Part shown: one piece after another, positions 47,990-57,260 of the stretch
Numbering within the stretch: position 1 is the first letter of the stretch
How the letters are laid out: each line of letters begins with the position of its first letter
Source: Candidatus Lustribacter sp.
GTDB lineage: Bacteria; Vulcanimicrobiota; Vulcanimicrobiia; Vulcanimicrobiales; Vulcanimicrobiaceae
Direction: 5' to 3'
Assembly (NCBI GenBank): GCA_965277805.1
Contig: OZ255842.1
Span: 4,480,001-4,544,000, forward strand
Length of the DNA: 64,000 bases
Translations under genes and position numbers: made by a program
Notes under the pieces: generated by a model
Seen by the model: the letters and a program-made list of their open reading frames with translations, nothing else
What the model was told of the DNA's origin: nothing
The model's database searches: none

Positions 47990-49252
47990 TCAGCGTAGGG
48001 AGCGGAACGCCGCACGAATCTCGGCAGCGAAGAGTTGCGGTTGCTCCCAAGCGGCGAAGTGACCGCCCTTGTCGACTTTGTGATAGTAGACGAGCTTGTG
48101 GTAACTGCGCTCCGCCCAGCTTCGGGGTGCATTGTAGATCTCACCCGGGAACACCGTTATTGCAGTCGGTATAGAGATGTCGACAGCGTTGAAGTTGTTG
48201 GCGTTGTTTTCCCAATATAGCCGCGCTGACGAGGCTCCGGTATTGGTGAGCCAGTAGAGCGTGATATCGTCGAGCATCTCGTCTTCCGTGAGCTCACGCT
48301 CAGGCACTCCACCGGTGTAAGTCCAGTCCGCGAACTTATCGTAGAACCATGCCGCGAGGCCGGCCGGCGAATCCGCCAAACTATAGCCCACGGTTTGCGG
48401 CCGGGTCACCATGATGCCGGCATAGCCGCTGCCTTTGGTGTACAGCAGATTGAGCTGTTCGTAGGCTGTTTTCTCTTCATCGGAGAGGCCGGCCGGCGGC
48501 GGATCGCCATTTTGAAGAGCCTTCGCGATCTCCGGCGGGACGGTTGCGGGCATGTTTACGTGGATCCCGAGCAGTCCTGGCGGCGCCTGGCGCGCCATGA
48601 CGTCGGCGACAACGGAGCCCCAATCGCCACCTTGTGATACATAGTGCTTGTAGCCGAGCCGCTTCATGAGCACGTCCCACGCACGTGCGATTCGTTCGGG
48701 TCCCCAACCGGTTGTCTTTGGCTTGCCTGAGAAGCCGTAGCCCGGCATTGACGGCAGCACGAGATGGAATGCGTCTTCGGCACGCCCACCGTAGGCCGTT
48801 GGATCTGTAAGCGGCTCGATGACCTTCATGAGCTCGAGGATCGAACCCGGCCAGCCGTGGGTCATGATGAGTGGCATCGCATTTTTGTGCCGCGAGCGGA
48901 TGTGCGCGAATTGGATGTCGAGCCCGTCGATCTCCGTGATGAACTGCGGTAACGCGTTTAACTTCGCTTCGACCTTCCGCCAATCGTAGCTGGTTCCCCA
49001 GTAGCGAACGAGCTGCCGAAACTTTACTAGCTGGACACCCTGCGATCGATCGTCAACGGTTTCGCGGTCGGGCCAGCGCGTCTGCGCAATGCGCCGGCGA
49101 AGATCGATGAGTGCAGCTTGCGGCACGTTGAAACGGAAAGGGCGGATCGCTGATTCTGCGCTCGCGGAACCGCTCATAGCGAACTGGGCGACGGCGATAC
49201 TCATGGCCGCAGTGCCCAAAAAGTGGCGGCGGCGATACATAATTTCATGCAT
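47990..49252 (-). CDS. Epoxide hydrolase with Tat signal peptide
   Basis: RRRHFLGTAAM...ASA; HGWPGS, QGGDWG, GGHFAAWEQP; close paralog of 45841-47052. Confidence 0.92.
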   Translation of the reverse strand: MHEIMYRRRHFLGTAAMSIAVAQFAMSGSASAESAIRPFRFNVPQAALIDLRRRIAQTRWPDRETVDDRSQGVQLVKFRQLVRYWGTSYDWRKVEAKLNALPQFITEIDGLDIQFAHIRSRHKNAMPLIMTHGWPGSILELMKVIEPLTDPTAYGGRAEDAFHLVLPSMPGYGFSGKPKTTGWGPERIARAWDVLMKRLGYKHYVSQGGDWGSVVADVMARQAPPGLLGIHVNMPATVPPEIAKALQNGDPPPAGLSDEEKTAYEQLNLLYTKGSGYAGIMVTRPQTVGYSLADSPAGLAAWFYDKFADWTYTGGVPERELTEDEMLDDITLYWLTNTGASSARLYWENNANNFNAVDISIPTAITVFPGEIYNAPRSWAERSYHKLVYYHKVDKGGHFAAWEQPQLFAAEIRAAFRSLR

Positions 49253-49332
49253 TGGTTCTCCGATTAGGTAAGTGAGATGTTGATCTTACCGGTGGCCTGT
49301 CGCGAATGATTGCACGAATGTGCGTCCGATTG

Positions 49333-49845
49333 TTAATGCGTGTCCAAACAATGCAACTTACGCCACCGACTTGGCGTAATTCCAGCCGCGCGGCGAAATA
49401 GGTTCGAGAAATGTGCCTGATCGGAAAACCCAGTGGCAACTGCAATCTGGCTGAGCGGTACGTCCGTTTCTCGCATCAACTTCATTGCGCGTTCGATTCT
49501 TGCGCCGACGACATATTCGTGCGGTGTACGGCCAACGCTCGTGCGAAACGCATGGGAAAAGTAAGATCGACTCAGGCCGGCAACCGAAGAAAGCATCGAA
49601 ACAGAGATCGATTCACTGATCTTTTCGCGTATCGCGCCGTCCACGAGTGAAAGTTGTCGCGCATCTAAGCCTCGACTTGCCGCCTCTGAAATACGCCCTT
49701 TCGGGTGGTCATTAGTTTGCACTGAAACGACGACGGTTTTCCCCTCGGTCACCGGAAGCGTAATCGAAATACTCCGGCAGGCTGCGATTGCGTCGATAAT
49801 GGGTTGAAGTTCAGTAACTACCGATTCGGAAACGGATTGCATCAT
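49333..49845 (-). CDS. Short AraC-family regulator
   Basis: LSSVAGLSRSYFSHAFR..GRTPHEY, IAVATGFSDQAHFSNLFRR..GITPSRWR. Confidence 0.88.
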   Translation of the reverse strand: MMQSVSESVVTELQPIIDAIAACRSISITLPVTEGKTVVVSVQTNDHPKGRISEAASRGLDARQLSLVDGAIREKISESISVSMLSSVAGLSRSYFSHAFRTSVGRTPHEYVVGARIERAMKLMRETDVPLSQIAVATGFSDQAHFSNLFRRAAGITPSRWRKLHCLDTH

Positions 49846-49854
49846 CGTGTTTCG

Positions 49855-50718
49855 TCAGTCTTTGAGAAAGCGCAGCACTTGGTCGGTGAACAACTCCGGG
49901 TACTGAAAAATTGATCCGTGACCGGCGTCCGGATAGAGCACGAGAAATGCCTGGGGCAGATTTTCCGCCAGGATAAACGAGTTGATCGCGGGGCACATGC
50001 TGTCCCAGAGCCCGTTGGCGACGAATGTGGGTTGCGTGATTGTCTTCAGGCGATGATAGTGGTCGTCGCACGGCGCAGCCCAAGCGCCGATGGCCTGCAT
50101 CTGAGCATCCCGCACTTCAAGCGTGCTGGGAGCATCCGGCGCAGCGCTGCGGGCAGCGAGCCGCTGGACGAATGCGCGCGCCAGCTTCTGACTCGTCTCG
50201 GTATGCGCGAACATAAGCGACATGAGATCCTCAGCACCCGGTGAGTCGATTGCTGCATGATCCGTCACGCTACGGTTAGAGCGCCAGTCGAGGTGCTGGC
50301 CGCCTTGCGGCCCGGTGCCGGCGAGTATCAGGCGTCGAACCAGGGAGGGGTAGTCGATCGCGACTTGTTGTGCCGCGAATCCGCCCATCGAAAAGCCAAA
50401 CAGGTCGACAGAATCGAGGTGCAACGCACCGGCGAACGCGGCCACGTGGTGAGCCATGCCCTTGACGGTCGTTGCAGGCGGACCACTCGAACCGCCCACG
50501 CCGGCGTTGTCGAAGAGGATTACATCATGGGATGCAGCGAGCGGGTTGACGACCGCGGGGTCCCAGTTGTCCATCGTGCCACGAAAGTGCTGTAGTAATA
50601 CGAGCGGCCTTTGGCCTGAAGCACCGAATCGCCGATATGCATACCGTACGCCGCCGGCCTCGACCGAACGATTCGGAGCGGTCTCATGTGACTGGCCGGC
50701 CATCTGAATGATTTCCAT
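49855..50718 (-). CDS. Alpha/beta hydrolase
   Basis: LQHFRGTMDNWDP, FDNAGVG, GFSMGG, YPDAGHG. Confidence 0.9.
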   Translation of the reverse strand: MEIIQMAGQSHETAPNRSVEAGGVRYAYRRFGASGQRPLVLLQHFRGTMDNWDPAVVNPLAASHDVILFDNAGVGGSSGPPATTVKGMAHHVAAFAGALHLDSVDLFGFSMGGFAAQQVAIDYPSLVRRLILAGTGPQGGQHLDWRSNRSVTDHAAIDSPGAEDLMSLMFAHTETSQKLARAFVQRLAARSAAPDAPSTLEVRDAQMQAIGAWAAPCDDHYHRLKTITQPTFVANGLWDSMCPAINSFILAENLPQAFLVLYPDAGHGSIFQYPELFTDQVLRFLKD

Positions 50719-50849
50719 GCCTGAATCACATCACAAGGCTGAGGGCGAATCTATTGTGCCATGGTGTAAACAGAGCCGTGTAACATCAAGGTATAATGGA
50801 CGTCGGCATTCGAGTGGCTTAGCCTGGTTACACGCGCGAAAGGACCGGT

Positions 50850-53246
50850 ATGGAGAACGAACTCAGCCGCCTCGTCGATGCGCTACCAGGATTGATTTGG
50901 ACGGCGCTCCCTAACGGGGAAGCCGACTTCCTCAATCAGCAGTGGTTAGCGTATACCGGGCTTAGTGCCGGCCAAGCGTATGGCCTGGGCTGGATCGATG
51001 CAGTCCACCCCGAGGATATCCCCGACTTGCTCGTCCGTTGGCAATCCACTTTGGCTTCGGGCGAGCCGCGCGAACTGGAAGCCCGTCTTCGGCGGTTCGA
51101 TGGAGAGTATCGGCGCTTCGTATTCCACGCTCGCCCAATCGTCGACGCATCTGGAGCGATCGTCAAGTGGTGCGGAATTAACACGGATGTCGAGGATCGG
51201 CGAAGAGCGGAGGATGCGCAAAAGGAGCAGGATAATCGCTTTCAGCTCACGTTCGACGGCCTCCCCACGCATGTCGCTCTTTCAAACGCCGGCGGCGAGA
51301 TCGAACGCGCTAATCGCAACTACCTAGAATATTTCGGCGCCCCGCTAGATGAGCTGAAACTTCAGGGTCGCTACCACAACTGCCATCCGGACGATCGCCC
51401 CACTGTGCTGGCTGCACACGCTGCGGGAATCGCCGCCGGTCAGCCCTTTGAGCTTGAGACCCGCCGGCGGCGCTTCGATGGGATCTACCGCTGGTTCAAG
51501 ATCCGCTACTCCCCGGTGCGCGATTCGAATGGAAGAATTAGCTTCTGGTACCTACTGCAAAGCGACATCGACGATCAGAAGCGTGCCGAAAATCTGCTTG
51601 CCGGCGAAAAGCAATTGCTGGAAATGGTGGCGAGCGGGGCCTCGCTGTCGGCGGTACTTGATACTCTCTGTTTACTTGTCGAAGACGCAGCGGACGGCTG
51701 CTCTTGCAGCGTCGTGTTGGTCGATCCGACCGGCACGCGCCTCGAACACGGCGCGGCGCCGAGTCTTCCCCCTGCCTTTACCGCCTCGATCATTGGGCGC
51801 CCCGTGAATCTCGACTCAGGCCCGTGCGCGATGGCGGCGTTTCTAAACGAACAAGTTATCGCTGCGGACCTTGCGACTGAAACACGCTGGGAGCCCTACC
51901 GATGGTGCCCGATGGCCTTGTCCCACGGACTCCGAGCTGCGTGGTCCACGCCGTTCTCCTCCACCGATGGGAGAGTCTTAGGTGCCTTTGCACTTTACTG
52001 GAACGCGCCCGGATCACCGACATCACTTCACCAAAACCTGATCGAGCGATTTGCCCATCTCGCAAGCATCGGCGTCGAGCGCGTTCAGAAAGACACGGCG
52101 ATTAGGCGGAATGAAGCATTTCTGACCCAAGCTCAGCATCTAAGCCAAACTGCGAGTTTCTACTGGCGAGTCGCGACGGAAGAAATCACCTGGTCGGAGG
52201 AGGCGTACCGCCTTTTTGAGCTCGATCGTTCTGGCCCCATAACGAATGAACTTATCTATTCGCGTATTCATCCGGAAGACCGAGCATACTTATTTGGAAT
52301 GATGGACAAGGCGCGTCACGGCGAGGTCGTCGATTTTGCTTACGAACATCGGCTGTTGATGCCCGATAAAAGAATTAAGTACGTGAGTATGGCTTGCCAC
52401 GGCGCCCGCGACGCCAAGGGTGATCTCGAGTACATTGCAGCGGTGCAAGACATCACGGAGCGCCGCCAATCCGAGGAAGCTCTCGGCAAAGCCCGATCAG
52501 ATCTCACGCACGTAGCCCGGGTCTCGAGCCTCGGCGCGCTTACAGCGTCGATCGCACACGAAGTCAACCAGCCGCTATCGGGCATCCTTATGAATGCCGG
52601 AACGTGCCTGCGCTTGCTCGACTTAGATCCGCCGGATATTGGCGGTGCCCAAGGATTAGTACAGCGCATTACTCGGGACAGTAACCGCGCATCTCACGTG
52701 ATTGCACAGCTACGTTCTCTCTTTTCCAAGAAAGAGGCCGCTGCCGAACTGGTAGATCTAAACGAAGCCATCCGCGAGGTCATCGCTTTGTCGCGTAGCG
52801 AGCTCCAACGGCTTCGGGTTGTTTTACAGTTAGAGTTTACGGCGGATCTTCCACGGGTTATTGGCGACCGAATTCAACTTCAGCAAGTCATCCTTAACCT
52901 TCTTCTAAACGCGGCGGAAGCAATGCGGGAAATTGACGATCGCCCGCGACAGCTCACTATCCGAACAGTACAAGACGACGACGCTCACGTGCAGCTAACT
53001 GTCCAAGATGCCGGCACGGGGTTCGACCCGCAGGCCGTTGAGAAGCTGTTCGACGCTTTCTACACCACGAAGAACGGTGGAATGGGTATCGGCTTATCCG
53101 TTAGCCGCTCAATTATCGAAAATCACCACGGTCGTCTGTGGGCATTGGCAAACGAAGGTCCGGGCGCCACCTTCTCGTTCGCACTGCCGTCCCAACCACT
53201 GGAGGCGCCAACGTTGCAAACGCGTCATGCGGTAAGTAATGCGTGA
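50850..53246 (+). CDS. Cytoplasmic PAS-PAS-GAF-PAS sensor histidine kinase (NodV/FixL-like)
   Basis: VHPED, CHPDD and IHPED PAS folds; GAF SGPCAMAA; H-box SIAHEVNQPL; QVILNLLLNA; DAGTG; FYTTK; GMGIGL. Confidence 0.92.
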   Translation: MENELSRLVDALPGLIWTALPNGEADFLNQQWLAYTGLSAGQAYGLGWIDAVHPEDIPDLLVRWQSTLASGEPRELEARLRRFDGEYRRFVFHARPIVDASGAIVKWCGINTDVEDRRRAEDAQKEQDNRFQLTFDGLPTHVALSNAGGEIERANRNYLEYFGAPLDELKLQGRYHNCHPDDRPTVLAAHAAGIAAGQPFELETRRRRFDGIYRWFKIRYSPVRDSNGRISFWYLLQSDIDDQKRAENLLAGEKQLLEMVASGASLSAVLDTLCLLVEDAADGCSCSVVLVDPTGTRLEHGAAPSLPPAFTASIIGRPVNLDSGPCAMAAFLNEQVIAADLATETRWEPYRWCPMALSHGLRAAWSTPFSSTDGRVLGAFALYWNAPGSPTSLHQNLIERFAHLASIGVERVQKDTAIRRNEAFLTQAQHLSQTASFYWRVATEEITWSEEAYRLFELDRSGPITNELIYSRIHPEDRAYLFGMMDKARHGEVVDFAYEHRLLMPDKRIKYVSMACHGARDAKGDLEYIAAVQDITERRQSEEALGKARSDLTHVARVSSLGALTASIAHEVNQPLSGILMNAGTCLRLLDLDPPDIGGAQGLVQRITRDSNRASHVIAQLRSLFSKKEAAAELVDLNEAIREVIALSRSELQRLRVVLQLEFTADLPRVIGDRIQLQQVILNLLLNAAEAMREIDDRPRQLTIRTVQDDDAHVQLTVQDAGTGFDPQAVEKLFDAFYTTKNGGMGIGLSVSRSIIENHHGRLWALANEGPGATFSFALPSQPLEAPTLQTRHAVSNA

Positions 53247-54370
53247 TGGCGCAATTATCGCTGCCGCTCGATAGATTCTGGCGCGTCGCCGTTCAGGGAA
53301 CGCTCGGATGTATCGCTGTTATATTGGTGACCCTGGTTTGCTTTGCGCTGCATCTGAAGCTCGCCGCGCCGCTATGCCTGGACCTGACTGTCGTCGTTCT
53401 GTTGTCGCTGCAAGGTAGCTTTCTTACATCGGCCCTCATATCAATTTTTGCGGTAGCAACTCTGGATTACTATTTCACCGATCCTCTTTATTCGGCATTG
53501 ATCCTCGATCCCGTGGATGGCTTTGCCATTGTTCTTTTCTTGCTAACGGCAGCCGTGATCACCATGCTGGTGTCTCGACTGCGCGTTCACGGTGAGCAGC
53601 TTGCCACGACGAACGCGAAGCTCCGGGAGCAAATTGCGGAAGTCAAATATGCGCAAGATCAAGTCGGTCTAGCGCGCGTCAATCGCGTTACGCTTATGGG
53701 CGAGCTGACAGCATCCATCGCGCACGAAGTCAATCAGCCGCTTACCGGGATACTCGCACATGCCGGGACTGCGCTGCGGTATCTCGAGCGAGATCTTCCC
53801 GATATCGGAGAGAGCAAGCACTACCTTGGCCTTATCGTTCGCGATTCTAAACGCGCAGGCGAGGTGATCGCTCAGATACGCGCGCTCGCTAGAAAAACTC
53901 CGCGGCAAAAGCGTCAGATAGATATCAATGAGGTGGCTCGCGAAGCAATCGCCTTGACGAGCCGTGAACTGGAATCGAGCAAAGTAGAACTGCGCACGGA
54001 TCTCCAGAGCAGCTTGCCACATATCCAGGCGGATAGAATCCAGGTGCAGCAAGTGATTCTGAATCTGATCGTCAATGCTATCGAGGCGTTGAACGAGTCT
54101 CAGAACGGGCGTCGCGAAATACTGCTACGATCGGGTCCCAGCGACTCGAACGGCGTATTCTTTGAAGTACGTGATTCGGGCATTGGCCTTAATGTTTCGA
54201 GCCCTGATGAGCTCTTCAAATCATTTTACACCACGAAACCGGAAGGCATGGGGATGGGCCTCTCCATCAGCAGGTCGATCGTCGAAGCGCACTGCGGACG
54301 GCTCTCGGCGTCACCAAACGAACCTCAAGGTGCCGTTTTCCGATTCACTTTGCCAACCGAGACGGTTTGA
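53243..54370 (+). CDS. Membrane sensor histidine kinase (DUF4118/KdpD-like TM region)
   Basis: Four TM helices with LDYYFTDPLYS; SIAHEVNQPL; DSGIG; GMGMGL. Confidence 0.88.
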   Translation: MMAQLSLPLDRFWRVAVQGTLGCIAVILVTLVCFALHLKLAAPLCLDLTVVVLLSLQGSFLTSALISIFAVATLDYYFTDPLYSALILDPVDGFAIVLFLLTAAVITMLVSRLRVHGEQLATTNAKLREQIAEVKYAQDQVGLARVNRVTLMGELTASIAHEVNQPLTGILAHAGTALRYLERDLPDIGESKHYLGLIVRDSKRAGEVIAQIRALARKTPRQKRQIDINEVAREAIALTSRELESSKVELRTDLQSSLPHIQADRIQVQQVILNLIVNAIEALNESQNGRREILLRSGPSDSNGVFFEVRDSGIGLNVSSPDELFKSFYTTKPEGMGMGLSISRSIVEAHCGRLSASPNEPQGAVFRFTLPTETV

Positions 54371-54990
54371 TGCCCGAAGACGGTGCAACCGTTCTCGTCG
54401 TCGACGACGACCCATCGGTCCGCGAGGCCATCGAGGGCATTGTAAAGTCGGTCGGATTACAGGTGAGGAGCTTTGACTCAACGCAGGCATTTTTCCAGCT
54501 CGAACTCCCGCAGGGCCCGAGCTGCCTTGTGCTTGACGTGCGGTTACCCGGATTGAGCGGCCTCGATTTTCAAAATGCGCTGGCAAAGGCCGACATCCCG
54601 ATTCCGATCGTCTTTATTACCGGCTACGGCGACATTCCCATGTCTGTACGTGCCATGAAGGCCGGCGCAGTAGAGTTTCTCACTAAGCCTTTTACAGATC
54701 AGGATTTGCTGGATGCGATCCACCACGCATTGGAACGTGATCGCCGAACGAAGCTACAGCGCGCTGAACACTCACTGTTAGAAGAACGCTTTGAGACCCT
54801 AACCGATCGCGAGCGCCAGGTTATGGCATTGGTCGTTGCGGGCAAGCTTAATCGCGAAATAGCTGCCGACTTTGGGACTACGGAGATTACGGTCAAGGTG
54901 CAGCGGGGACAGGTGATGCGCAAAATGGGAGCCGATTCCGTTGTTGCGTTGGCCCGAATGGCCGACAAGCTTATCGATCAGCTGCGATAG
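54370..54990 (+). CDS. FixJ/NodW-family response regulator (REC-LuxR)
   Basis: VVDDD, LDVRLPG, TGYGD, EFLTKP, LTDRERQV, VKVQRGQVMRKM. Confidence 0.93.
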   Translation: MPEDGATVLVVDDDPSVREAIEGIVKSVGLQVRSFDSTQAFFQLELPQGPSCLVLDVRLPGLSGLDFQNALAKADIPIPIVFITGYGDIPMSVRAMKAGAVEFLTKPFTDQDLLDAIHHALERDRRTKLQRAEHSLLEERFETLTDRERQVMALVVAGKLNREIAADFGTTEITVKVQRGQVMRKMGADSVVALARMADKLIDQLR

Positions 54991-55012
54991 GGTTCGCAAA
55001 GTATACGTCTTC

Positions 55013-55028
55013 TTATACCTTCGTATAA
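55013..55028. promoter_or_regulatory. Palindrome TTATAC-N4-GTATAA, candidate response-regulator box
   Basis: Perfect inverted repeat in an intergenic gap; degenerate copies at 50754-50769 and 50781-50796. Confidence 0.5.
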
Positions 55029-55085
55029 TGCGGAACGGATATATGCACAATTGCAGTCCATATCGTAAGCTGCTAGTCTCGTTCG

Positions 55086-55469
55086 GTGGAAACGTCTCAA
55101 CTGCCAGCTTCCTTTTTGGTCGCCATCGTCGATGACGATGAGTCGGTGCGCAGCGCCGTCGAAGGCGTGCTGAAATCCGTTGGATTCCGGGCTCAGACGT
55201 TCACCTCGGCGGAAGCGTTCTTAGCGGCGGGGTTAGAGAGCGAAGCTCGGTGTCTCATCACTGATCTTCAGATGCCCGGCATGAACGGTCTTGAGTTGCA
55301 AGCGAAATTATCGCAGAGCAACTGGGCGATACCGGTCATTTTCATCACAGCATTCGGTGAACCGCAGATGCGTGAGCGCGCAGTCAAAGCCGGCGCCGTT
55401 GGCTTTTTGGATAAGCCATTCGATGACAACAAGCTGATCGCCGCTGTCCGTACGGCGCTTAATATCTGA
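55086..55469 (+). CDS. Single-domain response regulator
   Basis: IVDDD, ITDLQMPGMNG, ITAF, LDKPF. Confidence 0.9.
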   Translation: METSQLPASFLVAIVDDDESVRSAVEGVLKSVGFRAQTFTSAEAFLAAGLESEARCLITDLQMPGMNGLELQAKLSQSNWAIPVIFITAFGEPQMRERAVKAGAVGFLDKPFDDNKLIAAVRTALNI

Positions 55470-55503
55470 CTATTCGAAGCGTAAGTCTCACGAGGCATCC
55501 ACA

Positions 55504-56151
55504 ATGACCGCTTTAGCAGAGTACTCACCTGAGAAGACTGTCAAGCCGACCGTATTTGTCGTTGACGATGACCTCTCGATGCGCGACGCCATTGAATCGC
55601 TAGTTCTTTATGCTGGTTGGCAACCGGAGACCTTCGACTCTGCAGATGCGTTTCTCGCATACCCGCGCGTTGATGTCCCAAAATGCCTCGTGCTTGACAT
55701 AACGCTTCCAGGCCTTAACGGGCTGGATCTTCAAAAGATTCTTGCCGTCGATCAGCTTTGTATGCCCATCATTTTCATAACCGCCCACGGAGACGTGCCC
55801 ACAAGCGTTCAAGCAATGAAGGCCGGCGCATTTGAGTTCTTAACAAAGCCGATCAGCAGCGACGTTCTGCTAACAGCCATGCGAAGTGCCATCGACCGAA
55901 GCCAAGAAGCTCTTGCAGACAAGGCCGCGCTGCTATACCTGCAGGAGCGTTATGCCTCGCTCACGGCTCGTGAACGGGAGGTTATGGCTTTGGTGGTGGG
56001 TGGCATGTTGAATAAACATGTAGCGAACAAACTCGGCATCAGCATCATTACGGTTAAGGTTCATCGAGGTAAAGTGATGCAAAAAATGAACGCTGGCTCG
56101 TTCGCTGAGCTCGTCAACATGGAGGCGAAGCTCCGTCAGGCAATGGCGTAA
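55504..56151 (+). CDS. Second FixJ/NodW-family response regulator
   Basis: VVDDD, LDITLPG, TAHGD, LTAREREV, VKVHRGKVMQKM. Confidence 0.92.
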   Translation: MTALAEYSPEKTVKPTVFVVDDDLSMRDAIESLVLYAGWQPETFDSADAFLAYPRVDVPKCLVLDITLPGLNGLDLQKILAVDQLCMPIIFITAHGDVPTSVQAMKAGAFEFLTKPISSDVLLTAMRSAIDRSQEALADKAALLYLQERYASLTAREREVMALVVGGMLNKHVANKLGISIITVKVHRGKVMQKMNAGSFAELVNMEAKLRQAMA

Positions 56152-56231
56152 GTCGTTGGAAGAATGTGCGATTGCAAGAGGGGACGCTCGTTCTATCTTG
56201 CACGAGGCAGACGTTCTATGTTGTTCATATC

Positions 56232-57248
56232 ATGAACACGACGACGATCAAAGCTTCGCTCCTGGGAGTTACCCTTGTCTGCACGATGACGCTCGGAGCG
56301 ATCGCTGACGACGCGAAAAGCGCTGCGCCTTCGGAGCCGCTGCCAGTACGGATAGACAACAGCCTTAACGCTGTGTTCGGCGCGCATTCTGGTGCACGTG
56401 CGGTTCACGCCAAGGGCGTTGTACTGGTGGGTTCCTTTACGCCGAGCGCCGAGGCCAGATCGATTACGAAGGCTGCGTTCCTGCAACAGATCAAAGCAGT
56501 CCCGGTAACGGTTCGCTTTTCTAACGGTTCCGGTGTGCCTACCGTTGCTGATACTGATCCGTCTGCGCTGCCGCGCGGTTTTGCGGTCAAATACCACTTG
56601 CCGAACGGCAGCGATATGGACACACTCGCACAGTCCATCAACTTCTTCCCAGTGCCGACGGGTGAAGAGTTTGCAAACCTCTTTAGAGCGATTGCCGCGA
56701 GCGGGCCGCATGCTCCAAAACCCACCGCTCTTGATACCTACCTAGGAGCTCATCCAATCGCACGGGCCTTTCTTGCGTATCGCACCCTGCCGGCTGAAAG
56801 CTACGCGACGCTCGCATACTTCGGAATCAATTCGTTTAAGTTTACCAACGATCGTGGTGATATTCACTATGGCCGGTACCTCTTCAGGCCGCGCGCCGGC
56901 GCCCACTATCTGCCGGCAAACGCGACGGCCGATCTGTCGCCGAATTATTTGGTAGACGAGATTACACGCCGAGTTCGCAATGGCCCCGTTTCTTTTGACT
57001 TTTACGTGCAAATTGCAGCTGGTGACGACGATATCCGCAACCCATCTGTTGCGTGGCCAGTGACACGACGTATGGTAAAGATGGGGACGATTCTAATACG
57101 CAGCACGGTTGCAGACTCGGCGGCTGTGCAAAAGACCTTACTTTATTTGCCGACGTCTGTTCCTGAGGGCATCGAACCGGCGGACCCAATGATCGCGATT
57201 CGCACTGCCGAGTACGGCGTATCTTTTAGCCATCGATTGACTCGCTAG
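56232..57248 (+). CDS. Secreted small catalase-like heme peroxidase (SrpA-like)
   Basis: Signal peptide; RAVHAKG, VRFS, PRGFAVK, DPMIAIRTAEYGVS. Confidence 0.88.
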   Translation: MNTTTIKASLLGVTLVCTMTLGAIADDAKSAAPSEPLPVRIDNSLNAVFGAHSGARAVHAKGVVLVGSFTPSAEARSITKAAFLQQIKAVPVTVRFSNGSGVPTVADTDPSALPRGFAVKYHLPNGSDMDTLAQSINFFPVPTGEEFANLFRAIAASGPHAPKPTALDTYLGAHPIARAFLAYRTLPAESYATLAYFGINSFKFTNDRGDIHYGRYLFRPRAGAHYLPANATADLSPNYLVDEITRRVRNGPVSFDFYVQIAAGDDDIRNPSVAWPVTRRMVKMGTILIRSTVADSAAVQKTLLYLPTSVPEGIEPADPMIAIRTAEYGVSFSHRLTR

Positions 57249-57260
57249 GCCGCTTACTCA

